Assembly (NCBI GenBank): GCA_011065125.1
Contig: JAAKFI010000004.1
Coordinates: 1-58,236, forward strand
Reading direction: 5' to 3'
DNA length: 58,236 nt
Source: Candidatus Anoxychlamydiales bacterium
GTDB taxonomy: Bacteria > Chlamydiota > Chlamydiia > Chlamydiales > SM23-39
Shown here: positions 48,594-58,073 of the stretch, one piece after another
How positions within the stretch are numbered: position 1 is the stretch's first letter
Layout of the letters: the number at the start of each line of letters is the position of its first letter
Notes under the pieces: model-generated
The model's database searches: none
Seen by the model: the letters and a program-made list of their open reading frames with translations, nothing else
What the model was told of the DNA's origin: nothing
Program-made: the position numbers and the translations under genes

Positions 48594-49879
48594 TTAATTT
48601 TAGTTATCTCAGTTTTAAAAAGAGTTGGTGTTATTAATTCAGCTCCCATTTTCTCCATCATGTACATTGCATTTCCAGCTTCCCAAACAGGTATTCCTTT
48701 TAAAAGATTTTTTAAAGAGTAATTTTCATGTTTAGATTTGTATTCAGAATGAACAAATTTTTTAGCATTAGATACCGTCATAAGTTCAATTGCTGTTTGT
48801 CCACCACTTCTTGTAATTGTCATATCACTTCTATAAAACAGTCTTGCTATTACATCTTCTTTTTGAAAAGACATGAGTATAATCGAAATATTTTTAGGAT
48901 AGTCTTTTACTTTATTTAAGTGTTTGTAGATTTTATTCATCAATCCATCATTGTAATCAGCACAAAAAGCAAATAAATGTATTTTTTTATTGAAATTCTT
49001 TTCTTGTACAATTTCTACTAAATTTTTTATATAATTTTTCGTACCTTCAAATGATGGCTGAGAGCCTAGTAAAAGTGTAATTAGATAATCATTTTTTTCA
49101 ATTAAAAATTCTAATTGATTTTCAAATTCGATAATATTCAATGAACCTTTTTGAATTATTTTTTTTATTACTTCTTTTTCTTGAGAAGATTTTGTTTTTA
49201 AATGAATCTTAAATGAGTCTAAAACAACTTCTTTATGAATATAATTTTGGAATTCACATCTAATAGGATAACTTAAATAACAAACCTTATTTAAATCAAT
49301 TCCACAATGCTTTTTCCAAAAATCTATATCTGACTCATTTTTATTTAAAAGTGGCTCAACAGTAGAAATGTTTATATATTTTTTATCAGTTTTCGATAGT
49401 CTTTTCACATTTTTGAAAAAATGAATAGCCTTCGTTGTTGGTAGATCTACTATAATTCTTTGAAGAGATACATTCTTATTTGATATTTTATTATATATTC
49501 TAATTGCTTTTATAATAGCAGAACATCCAAGAGGTTGAGTATCTATAATTACATCTATATCTTCTTTTTTTAGAATTAAAAAAGTTTTTAAAAATATTTT
49601 GGGCCAAAAAATAAATTCAGCAAGTCTTTGAGAAAATCTATTTCCTAAAAAATGTTGCATTGCAACTTTTCCGGTTCTTTGTGCATTATTCCATGAATTT
49701 ACTCCAAAATGACCAAACAAACCACCTATCCATTCAAGCAATAAATCAACTTTTATAACTTTTGCATTTGGTTTTTCTTTTTTAATTATTTGTTGTTGAG
49801 CTTCTGCTGCTTGTAATAACCCACCACCACCTGAAGAAGTAATTATTAGAAAATTATTCCTTAGCTTTTTTTCAGTCAT
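48587..49879 (-). CDS. GT-B glycosyltransferase, MGDG-synthase/UgtP/MurG-like (GT28)
   Basis: N-terminal IITSSGGGGLLQAAEA (compare GGGH.asAeA of MGDG synthases). C-terminal TRSGGQTAIELM (G-G-x-T-x-x-E). I prefer the start at 49879, which has an AAGGAG RBS. The ORF track extends the frame to 49969. Confidence 0.65.
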   Translation of the reverse strand: MTEKKLRNNFLIITSSGGGGLLQAAEAQQQIIKKEKPNAKVIKVDLLLEWIGGLFGHFGVNSWNNAQRTGKVAMQHFLGNRFSQRLAEFIFWPKIFLKTFLILKKEDIDVIIDTQPLGCSAIIKAIRIYNKISNKNVSLQRIIVDLPTTKAIHFFKNVKRLSKTDKKYINISTVEPLLNKNESDIDFWKKHCGIDLNKVCYLSYPIRCEFQNYIHKEVVLDSFKIHLKTKSSQEKEVIKKIIQKGSLNIIEFENQLEFLIEKNDYLITLLLGSQPSFEGTKNYIKNLVEIVQEKNFNKKIHLFAFCADYNDGLMNKIYKHLNKVKDYPKNISIILMSFQKEDVIARLFYRSDMTITRSGGQTAIELMTVSNAKKFVHSEYKSKHENYSLKNLLKGIPVWEAGNAMYMMEKMGAELITPTLFKTEITKINQ

Positions 49880-50033
49880 TGAAACTCCTTTTACTATATT
49901 AATTTTCTTTCTATATATATTATTATTGAATGTCAATTCTAATTTTGTTTTATTAATATTTTTTTTCATTTTTAAAAGGTTTATTGCTTTTATTTATTAA
50001 ATTATTTAGTAATTAAATTAAGGATGAAGAAAA

Positions 50034-51089
50034 ATGAAAAGTTTTAAAAACACTCTATTTAGCCTATTTTTTGGCTCAGCTATAGTTTTATTATCAATTG
50101 TCTCATTTCTATGGTACAACAACTATCCACCCCTTTCAAAGTTTTCTAATCCAGATATTATAAAGATTACGTCTATTAAAACAAAAAAAAATATAAATAA
50201 AGATATAAAAATTGCATCATACAATATTCATTTTGGTATAGGACACAATGACAAAACGCTATTAAATGGTTATCAAAATTTTATAGATAGATTAAATGAA
50301 ATATCTCAAATATTAAAAAAAATAGATGCTGATGTAGTATTACTTCAAGAAGTTGATTTCAATTCAAAAAGATCACATAACATTGATCAAGCTTTGTACT
50401 TAGCAAAAAAAAGCGAATATAAATATGTTGTTAAACACACAACTTTAAAGCAAAAAATCCATCCATTTTTTCATAATATTTTTGGAAATATAGATCATGG
50501 CATGTGCATTTTATCTAAATATCCAATTACTTCATCTAGCGCTTTAGTATTTGAACATTATCCTAAAATTCCATTTTTTTTAAAATGGTTATATTCTCCT
50601 CATGGAGCATTAGAATGTGCAATTTCATTTCTTGAAAAAAACATAAAAGTTATTAATCTACATTTAGAACCATGGTCGAAATCACAAAGATTAATGCAAA
50701 TTGAAGAAATAAAAAATTATTTTTTTAATGATAAAAAAATTCCACTAATTGTTGGAGGAGATTTTAATACACTTCCTTTAGAACTACTGAAAAGAAATAC
50801 CTATCCTTTTCAAGAAGCTCCTTTTTTTGTCAATAAAGAAGAGTTAAATATAAAAAATGAAAAAACTATTGAAGTTATAAAAAAATTATCTTTTAGCGAA
50901 GCTGTTCCAATTAAATTATACTTAAATGATTCAAAAAAAGCTTTCACTTATCCCGCTATAAACCCAAAAGTTAAACTTGATTATATTTTTGCAGGATATA
51001 GAGCCAAAGTAAAATACGGATATATATATAAAGATGCCTTTATTGCATCGGATCATTTGCCTATTGTTGCAGAAATTAAAATAAATTAG
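50034..51089 (+). CDS. Membrane-anchored endonuclease/exonuclease/phosphatase (EEP) family phosphodiesterase
   Basis: N-terminal TM helix, then IASYNIH, VVLLQEVD, GGDFNT and SDHLPIVAEI catalytic motifs. Confidence 0.8.
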   Translation: MKSFKNTLFSLFFGSAIVLLSIVSFLWYNNYPPLSKFSNPDIIKITSIKTKKNINKDIKIASYNIHFGIGHNDKTLLNGYQNFIDRLNEISQILKKIDADVVLLQEVDFNSKRSHNIDQALYLAKKSEYKYVVKHTTLKQKIHPFFHNIFGNIDHGMCILSKYPITSSSALVFEHYPKIPFFLKWLYSPHGALECAISFLEKNIKVINLHLEPWSKSQRLMQIEEIKNYFFNDKKIPLIVGGDFNTLPLELLKRNTYPFQEAPFFVNKEELNIKNEKTIEVIKKLSFSEAVPIKLYLNDSKKAFTYPAINPKVKLDYIFAGYRAKVKYGYIYKDAFIASDHLPIVAEIKIN

Positions 51090-51475
51090 CCAGCTAGAAT
51101 AGCTCCAATTAATATTATCGATAAAAGATATAGAGTATTATCTAATAAAAAAAGTTTAAATGTTCTTTTTTTGAAAATTACTAAAAATAAATTATGAGGC
51201 ATTATAAATGCGAGCCATATTATAAACCCAAAAAATACTCCATCCCAAAATGAAGTTACACTTAAAATAACTTCAAAAACGGCAAAGAAAAAAACAAAAA
51301 CATAAATAGTGATAAATAAAAATAGATACTTTAAATATTTATTTTTTGTATCTATTTTTTTAGATTCCAATTTTTTATAAATTTTTCCAAATAAAAAATT
51401 TTGATGCCAACAGATATATAATATAAAATATATTACAGAAGAAAATAATATGGTTATAAAATCAAAGTTTTTCAT
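51086..51475 (-). CDS. DUF1761-like small membrane protein
   Basis: 129 aa with four hydrophobic helices and the CWHQNFLFGKIY motif. Its start overlaps the stop of the upstream lipoprotein gene by 1 nt. Confidence 0.55.
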   Translation of the reverse strand: MKNFDFITILFSSVIYFILYICWHQNFLFGKIYKKLESKKIDTKNKYLKYLFLFITIYVFVFFFAVFEVILSVTSFWDGVFFGFIIWLAFIMPHNLFLVIFKKRTFKLFLLDNTLYLLSIILIGAILAG

Positions 51476-52551
51476 TAACCTACTCCAACAGGAAGAGTTA
51501 AAACTGGTCCAGTATCTATAACTTTTGCAGATTGTAAATTATACAGTTCTAATAATAGCATAAAAGTTCTTTTAGAAGAAAGATCACAATCTTTTATATA
51601 AAACCATAAATCCCTGTATTTAATGGCTGCATAAGGGTTTTTAGGTTTTATTGAACTACTATAAATTGACATTATATTTTGTGAATTTGAACTTTTATCC
51701 AAAGATAAATCTATTGCTATACTATCTTCAATATCTTTATCTGGAATGATTACATTATGTGATAAATTATTCATACAAGATAGTATTGATCTTGGTAAAA
51801 TACCTACCCGGCCTTTTTTATCAAACCCTTGAGTTACATTTAAAACATACATGTCATTATCTAAAGTGGTAATATTTAGCAGCTCTGCTAATTTTTTACT
51901 ATCTTCATTATCTGCATTGAATGCAAATTGAATAGATTTTAAAGCACATCCATTTTCATTGCTTTTTGAATTTAAAACTCCAATTTGCAAGTCTCCATTT
52001 TCTTGAAGTTTATTCATCAATATTATAACTTCTATGAAGTTTTTATATCTTGGATTTTTTTCCATTATCAGTTCTTTTTCTTTTGGATTATTATGATATT
52101 CCAAAAAATTTTGAACAGCTAATCTAAATACTCTATAAACATCCCAACCAGCATATATTACCTGTTGAATTGTTGATACATCTAATGGTTTCATTAATTG
52201 ATTAGCAAATTCTTGGCCTTGAAGAGGTTGATATTGAATAGTTGGTTGATTTTGCCAAAGAGTCTCCCCTCCTAAAATAGTTGGATTTGTTTTATTAAAT
52301 CCAGGAAAAGAAAATAATGCGCTCGCTGAATTTTTAAAAGTAAAAGAAGAGGTAACAGAAGATACTTGTAAAAATAAAGGAGTATCATAGTATCTAAGCC
52401 TTACTAAATTTAAAAGCATTTCTTCAGAATTTGTTTTTTGTATTTCAATATTATAGGCGTTTCTACCACCTGGACCCTCCAACACATTGCTAGCTGGCAT
52501 GTGACAAGCATTTAAGAAAAGACTTAGGAGTCCAATATATATTTTTTTCAT
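51475..52551 (-). CDS. Lipoprotein, function unknown
   Basis: Signal peptide with the lipobox-like LFLNAC. 358 aa with no catalytic motif. Confidence 0.55.
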   Translation of the reverse strand: MKKIYIGLLSLFLNACHMPASNVLEGPGGRNAYNIEIQKTNSEEMLLNLVRLRYYDTPLFLQVSSVTSSFTFKNSASALFSFPGFNKTNPTILGGETLWQNQPTIQYQPLQGQEFANQLMKPLDVSTIQQVIYAGWDVYRVFRLAVQNFLEYHNNPKEKELIMEKNPRYKNFIEVIILMNKLQENGDLQIGVLNSKSNENGCALKSIQFAFNADNEDSKKLAELLNITTLDNDMYVLNVTQGFDKKGRVGILPRSILSCMNNLSHNVIIPDKDIEDSIAIDLSLDKSSNSQNIMSIYSSSIKPKNPYAAIKYRDLWFYIKDCDLSSKRTFMLLLELYNLQSAKVIDTGPVLTLPVGVG

Positions 52552-52692
52552 TTTTTCTCCTTAAAGCTCACTTTAAAAAAGATATAATAAAAAATAAATG
52601 AAAATTATAGAAAATTATAAAAAAAATATTTAAATTTAGATAAATTTCTATTAATCTTGTTATTAATGCAAAAAAATATAAAAAGGATTTAT

Positions 52693-53736
52693 ATGAAAAA
52701 ATTACTTTTAGCTATTTTAATTCCAATATTTACATATGCCTATCAACCTCCACAAGATGTTTTTTTCAATGGTCCTTTTGCTGCAAGTGATGGAGGTATA
52801 ACTCAAAGAAAAACATTTCCTTTTCATTTTACAGTCTTGTATTCAAGTTCAAACTATGTATATAAATCTGATTGGACGAGAAGAAAAACGGTGATTACAG
52901 AAAACATACATCCTTATTTTTCACTCAAAACTGGCATATTTAAATGGATGGATCTTACTATTGGATCTGGAATGATACATACTAAACAAAAATCTAATAA
53001 ATCCATTTCATGGACAGATACTGCTTTAAATGCAAAATTTAGAATATTTAAAGAGGGTAAATATTTACCAAAAGCAAATTTCGCTTTTACTGAAACAGTT
53101 CCATCTGGAAAATATAATGATTTAAATAAAAGCAAATTATCTTTAGATGCATCAGGTGCAGGTGCATTTCAAAGCATGTTTGGTTTAAATATGTCTAAAA
53201 CTATCAATTTAAAACGATTCCCCTTTCAACTTTTATTTAACATAATGTATTCATTCCCTTCTAAAGTTGAGGTATTTGGATATAATGCATATGGCGGTAT
53301 TAATGTAAATCATCAAGTTACAAGAGGATTTGTTAAACCTGGAAAACTCTTTATAACTAATCTATCTATTGATATTAGTTTAACTAAAAAATTGGACTTC
53401 TCAATGGATGCTATATTCGCTAATTCTTCTAAGATTAGATTTAAAGGAAGATTCGGTGTTTTAATTCCAGGATTTCATGGATCAATTCCCTATGAATCTC
53501 CTACAACACCTTTTTTCTCTTCTAACAACACTATTCCTCTAGTGCCAATTATACCTTCATTAGGAGAAATTGAATCTATAACAGCACCTAGCAGCACAAT
53601 AATATCTCTAACGCCATCTTTGGGATATGCTTTTTCAGATAAGTTTAATGCCCTATTAACGTATTGGACCTCTGTTGCTGGAAGAAATACTTCTGCTTTT
53701 AATTCAATTGCTTTAACGCTATCTTACACATTTTAG
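52693..53736 (+). CDS. Outer-membrane beta-barrel protein
   Basis: Signal peptide MKKLLLAILIPIFTYA, with the start chosen at 52693 after AAAAGGA. Alternating amphipathic strands and a terminal ...LTLSYTF aromatic signature. Confidence 0.55.
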   Translation: MKKLLLAILIPIFTYAYQPPQDVFFNGPFAASDGGITQRKTFPFHFTVLYSSSNYVYKSDWTRRKTVITENIHPYFSLKTGIFKWMDLTIGSGMIHTKQKSNKSISWTDTALNAKFRIFKEGKYLPKANFAFTETVPSGKYNDLNKSKLSLDASGAGAFQSMFGLNMSKTINLKRFPFQLLFNIMYSFPSKVEVFGYNAYGGINVNHQVTRGFVKPGKLFITNLSIDISLTKKLDFSMDAIFANSSKIRFKGRFGVLIPGFHGSIPYESPTTPFFSSNNTIPLVPIIPSLGEIESITAPSSTIISLTPSLGYAFSDKFNALLTYWTSVAGRNTSAFNSIALTLSYTF

Positions 53737-53860
53737 GTTCGAAAAAAAACAATCACATTTTTTTTTAAATAATGGTTGACTAAATTTTATAGCTTTACTA
53801 AACACAAAAATATGAGATATAAAAATATCTATCATTAAATTTACTAAAAGGGGAAGGAAA

Positions 53861-54289
53861 ATGTCTGAAGCAAAAATGGGAGATTTAGTTAAAGTTCATT
53901 ATACAGCTAAAGCTGAAAATATGATGATTTTTGACTCAAAACAACAGGTAACTCCTTTAGAGTTTAAAATTGGAGATGGTCAAATTATTCCTGCATTTGA
54001 AAGCGCTTTAATAGGCATGAAAGCTGGAGATAATAAAACAATAAACATTCAATCAGACGAAGCTTTTGGCCCATATGTAGATGAGCTAATAACAAAAGTA
54101 GATAAAAATCAACTTCCACCAAATTTAGATTTAACAGTTGGACAACAGCTTCAAATACAACAACCAGACGGTCAAGTTCTTTTAGTAAAAGTATTAAATA
54201 TTGCTGATAATGATATAACTTTTGATGCTAATCACCCCCTAGCTGGCAAAGATATAATTTTTGATATCAATTTGGTAGAAATTTTATAA
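53861..54289 (+). CDS. FKBP-type peptidyl-prolyl cis-trans isomerase (SlyD-like)
   Basis: GDLVKVHYTA, EFKIGDGQIIPAFESALIGMKAGD, an insert-in-flap region, and HPLAGKDIIFDINLVEI. Confidence 0.85.
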   Translation: MSEAKMGDLVKVHYTAKAENMMIFDSKQQVTPLEFKIGDGQIIPAFESALIGMKAGDNKTINIQSDEAFGPYVDELITKVDKNQLPPNLDLTVGQQLQIQQPDGQVLLVKVLNIADNDITFDANHPLAGKDIIFDINLVEIL

Positions 54290-54351
54290 ATTTTAAAAAT
54301 GACTTTTTTTTTTGAAGTGTTATAATACCTTTAAAAAATTTGGAGGTCATT

Positions 54352-54849
54352 TTGCTTAGCAAAACTATAGAAAAAGCATTTAACGATCAGTTAAATAAAG
54401 AATTTTATTCATCATATTTATATCTTTCAATGAGTGCCTATGCCGAGAGTAAAAATTTTAGTGGCATGGCACATTTCTTAAAATTAAAAGCTCAAGAAGA
54501 AAGAGAGCATGCTTTAAAAATTTTCGATTATATCATAGATAGAAGAGGCACTATTTTATTAAAAGATATAAAAGCTAACATTACTAAATTTAAATCAATT
54601 TTAGATCTATTTGAAAAAAGTTATGAGCATGAGTGCAATGTAACTAAATTAATAAACAACTTAATTACTCTAACAGGTAAAGAAAAAGATTATTGTTCTA
54701 AAGCTTTTCTGCATTGGTTTGCAATAGAACAAATCGAAGAAGAAAAAACATCTCTTGATATTGTAGAAAAATTAAAAATTATAAAATCTGATGGCCCATC
54801 ACTTTATATGTTAGATAAAGACCTTAAATCTTCAAACAATACCAAATAG
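54352..54849 (+). CDS. ftn: Ferritin (non-heme)
   Basis: LNKEFYSSYLYLSMSAY, QEEREHALK and EHE ferroxidase residues. The TTG at 54352 lies 5 nt after GGAGG and is preferred over the track start at 54340. Confidence 0.85.
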   Translation: MLSKTIEKAFNDQLNKEFYSSYLYLSMSAYAESKNFSGMAHFLKLKAQEEREHALKIFDYIIDRRGTILLKDIKANITKFKSILDLFEKSYEHECNVTKLINNLITLTGKEKDYCSKAFLHWFAIEQIEEEKTSLDIVEKLKIIKSDGPSLYMLDKDLKSSNNTK

Positions 54850-54857
54850 ATATAAAA

Positions 54858-54888
54858 TTAGAGCTTTTTGTGAATCAAAAAGCTCTAA
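54858..54888. terminator. Bidirectional intrinsic terminator between the ferritin and P-loop genes
   Basis: TTAGAGCTTTTT-gtgaatc-AAAAAGCTCTAA perfect 12-bp inverted repeat between convergent genes. Confidence 0.6.
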
Positions 54889-54897
54889 TAATATTAT

Positions 54898-55974
54898 TTA
54901 TTTATGCACTGTTTTTCTTGTAACTAGAGGTTTGAAAGCATCTTTTAAAGAAGTTTCTAAATCTGATATATCTTTTGAAGACCATAGAGTTTTATCAGAT
55001 CTTACAAATGTTGTTTTGTCATCTCTATTATCCAATCTAGTTGCTGGAAGATAAAATCTTTTGCTATGAGCATTAATAGTTATAGTATTTGGATACTTCG
55101 AAGTACTTAGCAAGTAATTAAAATCATCACATCCATAGTCATTATACATAACAGCTAGAGGCACACAATGATTTAAAATAGAGCCAGGATCATTTGGATC
55201 TTTTCTAGCTTCATTTTTTCTTCTTGATTCTTCAGGAGATACCCAAACATATAAAACTGATGAATTATTTAATATTTTTTCACTTAAAAGAGAAAGTGAA
55301 TATTGATATCCATAAGGTTTTGGAAGTGGAAAAGCAGCACCATCAGCACCACCTCTTGCAAATTCTATTACTATAGTTTTATCTTTATATCCTTTTTTAA
55401 TTTGAGAATTTTTCTCATTTATAACATCTAATGAATCTTTATCTAAAAGTAAACACAGCTCTTTTTTTAATTTTTTATCCATTTTTTTAAAAGGAGCTTC
55501 TAACCCCGCTTTAATTCTAGATTGATCTAGCCTTTTAAATATATATTCGGTTGGTGAAGATGCATTTATAATATTTTGATTGATTAAATCATCAAAATCT
55601 TCATTTAAAAGATGCATTAATGTTCCCCATTCTTTTGCATTACTAAAGGAATTTACTGGGGATACAAAAAAAATGGGATCTAAATTTTTCTTAGATAATT
55701 CTTCAGATATTCTTCTCATCATATGAACATACAAAAAGTCATCTAATTGAATAGTATCTTTTATACCAAAATGTTTTTCTAATTGATCATTAGAAAAAGT
55801 ATTTAAAAACTTTCTAACTTCTGATTTCCCGGAACCTGGAAGAGCGAGTATTAAAAGAACATTTAAGTTATTTTCCAACATTGCTTTTTTTTCAATTTTA
55901 TCAAAGCTACCCTTAGGGAAAGCAAAGCTGAACATTAAGATAAAAAAAAGCATAAACTTTGTAATATTTTTCAT
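54898..55974 (-). CDS. Secreted P-loop kinase/NTPase-like protein
   Basis: Signal peptide MKNITKFMLFFILMFSFAFP, Walker A ALPGSGKSE, a Walker-B-like IVIEFARGG, and the lid-like VWVSPEESRRKNEAR. Confidence 0.5.
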   Translation of the reverse strand: MKNITKFMLFFILMFSFAFPKGSFDKIEKKAMLENNLNVLLILALPGSGKSEVRKFLNTFSNDQLEKHFGIKDTIQLDDFLYVHMMRRISEELSKKNLDPIFFVSPVNSFSNAKEWGTLMHLLNEDFDDLINQNIINASSPTEYIFKRLDQSRIKAGLEAPFKKMDKKLKKELCLLLDKDSLDVINEKNSQIKKGYKDKTIVIEFARGGADGAAFPLPKPYGYQYSLSLLSEKILNNSSVLYVWVSPEESRRKNEARKDPNDPGSILNHCVPLAVMYNDYGCDDFNYLLSTSKYPNTITINAHSKRFYLPATRLDNRDDKTTFVRSDKTLWSSKDISDLETSLKDAFKPLVTRKTVHK

Positions 55975-56113
55975 TTTGACTCCTTTAAAAACATAATAGT
56001 TTTTGTAAAAATATTTATTTTTTAACTTAAAAAATCTTAAATAAATAAAAAGAATTTATCAATAAAAATAAAAAATTGTTTTCAAAATTCCTAAATTGGA
56101 TTATAAAACAACT

Positions 56114-56548
56114 ATGAAAAAAAATAATCAAAAAAACATAACATTTTTCATAGTTATTTTTTTTATTTTTATCTTAGCATTTTTTTATAAAAAATCTTAT
56201 ACATCTAATTTATTTTTAAAAATCTATCACTCTATTAGATATGATAAAATTAATGATTATCCAAATAAATTTGTAAAAGTTGAAGTTCGATTATATAAGG
56301 ACTCAAATTTAGAAATTGAAAAATTTCAAATTGGATCTAATAAATTCGATATAGAAAATTTATCTTCCAATGAAATTAAAAAAGTTTATTTGAATTTAAG
56401 GCCTGGAGACTACACTTTAAAATGGTGGATCAAAACCAAGACATTATTAGAATCGAACAGAAAACTATGTAAAAATAAATTTAAAATAAACAGATATGAC
56501 AAATGGATAAACATTGTCCTAAAAGGTTCTAATTCATACATTAAATAA
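56114..56548 (+). CDS. Hypothetical single-pass membrane protein
   Basis: ATG at 56114, with one TM helix (ITFFIVIFFIFILAFFY). No motif recognised. Confidence 0.4.
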   Translation: MKKNNQKNITFFIVIFFIFILAFFYKKSYTSNLFLKIYHSIRYDKINDYPNKFVKVEVRLYKDSNLEIEKFQIGSNKFDIENLSSNEIKKVYLNLRPGDYTLKWWIKTKTLLESNRKLCKNKFKINRYDKWINIVLKGSNSYIK

Positions 56549-56706
56549 AAGATTCTACATACTTTTTTAACAAAAACAAATATAGCTTAATAATTTCTTT
56601 TTTTTTATTACCATTCATTATAACCTTGGATAAGGTTTTTATATTTTTAGTTTCAACTTATTGTCTAAGAAGTAAAACCAATGAAACATTTAAAGGAAAA
56701 TTTATT

Positions 56707-56991
56707 ATGAAACTTTACGTAGGCAACTTGCCATACACATTTAATACAAAAGATCTAGAAGATCTATTTGAAAAATTCACATCAATAACTAGCGTTAAAC
56801 TAATTATTGACAGAGACACTAACAAATCTAAAGGATTTGGTTTTGTAGAATTAGACGATGATGAAGCTAAAACAGCTGTCGAAGAGCTAAATGAAAAAGA
56901 ATTTGATGGAAGAAAAATCGTTGTAAACGAAGCTCGTCCACAAGAAAAAAGAGATCCTAGAGGTCCTAAATCTTTTAGCAGAAGAAGATAA
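56707..56991 (+). CDS. RRM-type RNA-binding protein
   Basis: RNP-2 LYVGNL and RNP-1 KGFGFVEL with an Arg-rich tail. The start at 56707 follows an AAAGGA RBS. The upstream extension in the ORF track is unlikely. Confidence 0.85.
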   Translation: MKLYVGNLPYTFNTKDLEDLFEKFTSITSVKLIIDRDTNKSKGFGFVELDDDEAKTAVEELNEKEFDGRKIVVNEARPQEKRDPRGPKSFSRRR

Positions 56992-57023
56992 TTCAAAATA
57001 TTTTTAATATTACAAAATTATTT

Positions 57024-57054
57024 AAACCCTACTTTTTTAAGTAGGGTTTTTATT
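57024..57054 (+). terminator. Intrinsic terminator after the RRM protein gene
   Basis: AAACCCTAC-ttttttaa-GTAGGGTTT followed by a T-rich tail. Confidence 0.65.
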
Positions 57055-57264
57055 TTGACTCTACACTAAAATAGAACTCATCAAAAATAAAAATTTTTTA
57101 TCTAAAAAACATTCCAACAGAAATCCTTTCATTGCACTATTCGAAATGGAGGCATACAAAAAAATCTTGTTGTTCAAAATGGTAATATTATAGAACAAAA
57201 GCCTATTACATAGCTCATTCCAATATCGAAACATTAGCCTTATTAGATTCAAGAGAACAAAGAT

Positions 57265-57480
57265 ATGAATTGGTTGCAATGGCGGACGCGGTCACAACCA
57301 ATTCGCACTTTATCACTCATGCCCATGATGATTAAAATTACTCTAGAGCAAATAGTTCCTTTATATAAAAAGCTAGCTCCTAAAATTAGAGAATTGAAAG
57401 TTTTAGGTATGACAAATATTGAAATTGCAAAAAGCTTAAAGCTCAGTGAAAAAACAATTAGAAAAGCCTTAAATTTTTAG
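57265..57480 (+). CDS. Small helix-turn-helix protein (copy 1 of a duplicated gene)
   Basis: 71 aa. The C-terminal ELKVLGMTNIEIAKSLKLSEKTIRKAL is a classic HTH (LuxR/resolvase/IS-OrfA style). A diverged paralog starts at 58074. Confidence 0.55.
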   Translation: MNWLQWRTRSQPIRTLSLMPMMIKITLEQIVPLYKKLAPKIRELKVLGMTNIEIAKSLKLSEKTIRKALNF

Positions 57481-57500
57481 GTTAAGGCTTAGTTTTTTTT
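57464..57500 (+). terminator. Intrinsic terminator overlapping the stop codon of HTH copy 1
   Basis: AAGCCTTAA-atttttagg-TTAAGGCTT 9-bp perfect stem followed by AGTTTTTTTT. Confidence 0.6.
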
Positions 57501-57598
57501 AGAGTCTTTCAAATCCCGCTCAATCGATGTCTTCACTAACCCTATATTCAGTTCTCTAACAATTCAAGAAACATAGAGGATATTTTTTAAAGTATAGA

Positions 57599-57997
57599 TC
57601 AGGTGGAAAATGAAATTCCTTCTTTTGATTGTTTCATTTCCGCCCCATTTTTACCAGTAATAGAACCTTTCCCCACATCAACAGAATTGTGCTCTGTTTT
57701 ACTCGAACTGCCATCTTTAATTTGAAATTTAGTGCCACTAGAACTTGTTAAAAAAATAGATTCTTTTGCAAAAATTTTTGATCCTGAAATATTTATATCC
57801 CCATTTTTAGCTAAAAATTCAATGATAGAATCGGAAATAATTTCAGCATTTTCAATTTCAAGAGATTTTGAAAGCTCATTTTTAAAATCTTGCAAAGAAG
57901 AATCTTGTTGTTCCTGGAAAAATTTTCTTGCAACATCATAAATAAAGCTAGACGCAATATTAACACCAAAAGATATAAGTAACGAATCAAGAGACAT
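57599..57997 (-). CDS. Hypothetical protein with an N-terminal hydrophobic helix
   Basis: 132-aa ORF with no motif, lying between the two HTH paralogs and divergent from the second (76-nt spacer). Confidence 0.4.
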   Translation of the reverse strand: MSLDSLLISFGVNIASSFIYDVARKFFQEQQDSSLQDFKNELSKSLEIENAEIISDSIIEFLAKNGDINISGSKIFAKESIFLTSSSGTKFQIKDGSSSKTEHNSVDVGKGSITGKNGAEMKQSKEGISFST

Positions 57998-58073
57998 AAA
58001 ATACCACCTTAAATTTTTTAGATAATTATGCTTTTTTATACATTATTTGTCAAAAAAACATTTCTTTAAAAAC

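Noticed and set aside
54898-55974. Calling the secreted P-loop protein a 6-phosphofructo-2-kinase that would regulate the PPi-PFK encoded at 11-12.7 kb
   Set aside because: Only generic Walker A/B and lid features are visible. A signal peptide argues against a cytoplasmic metabolic regulator. The link is too speculative to assert.
57061-57279. 72-aa minus-strand ORF between the RRM gene terminator and HTH copy 1
   Set aside because: It has hydrophobic, low-complexity translation, no RBS, and overlaps the start of the HTH gene. It is more likely promoter or leader DNA for the HTH gene.
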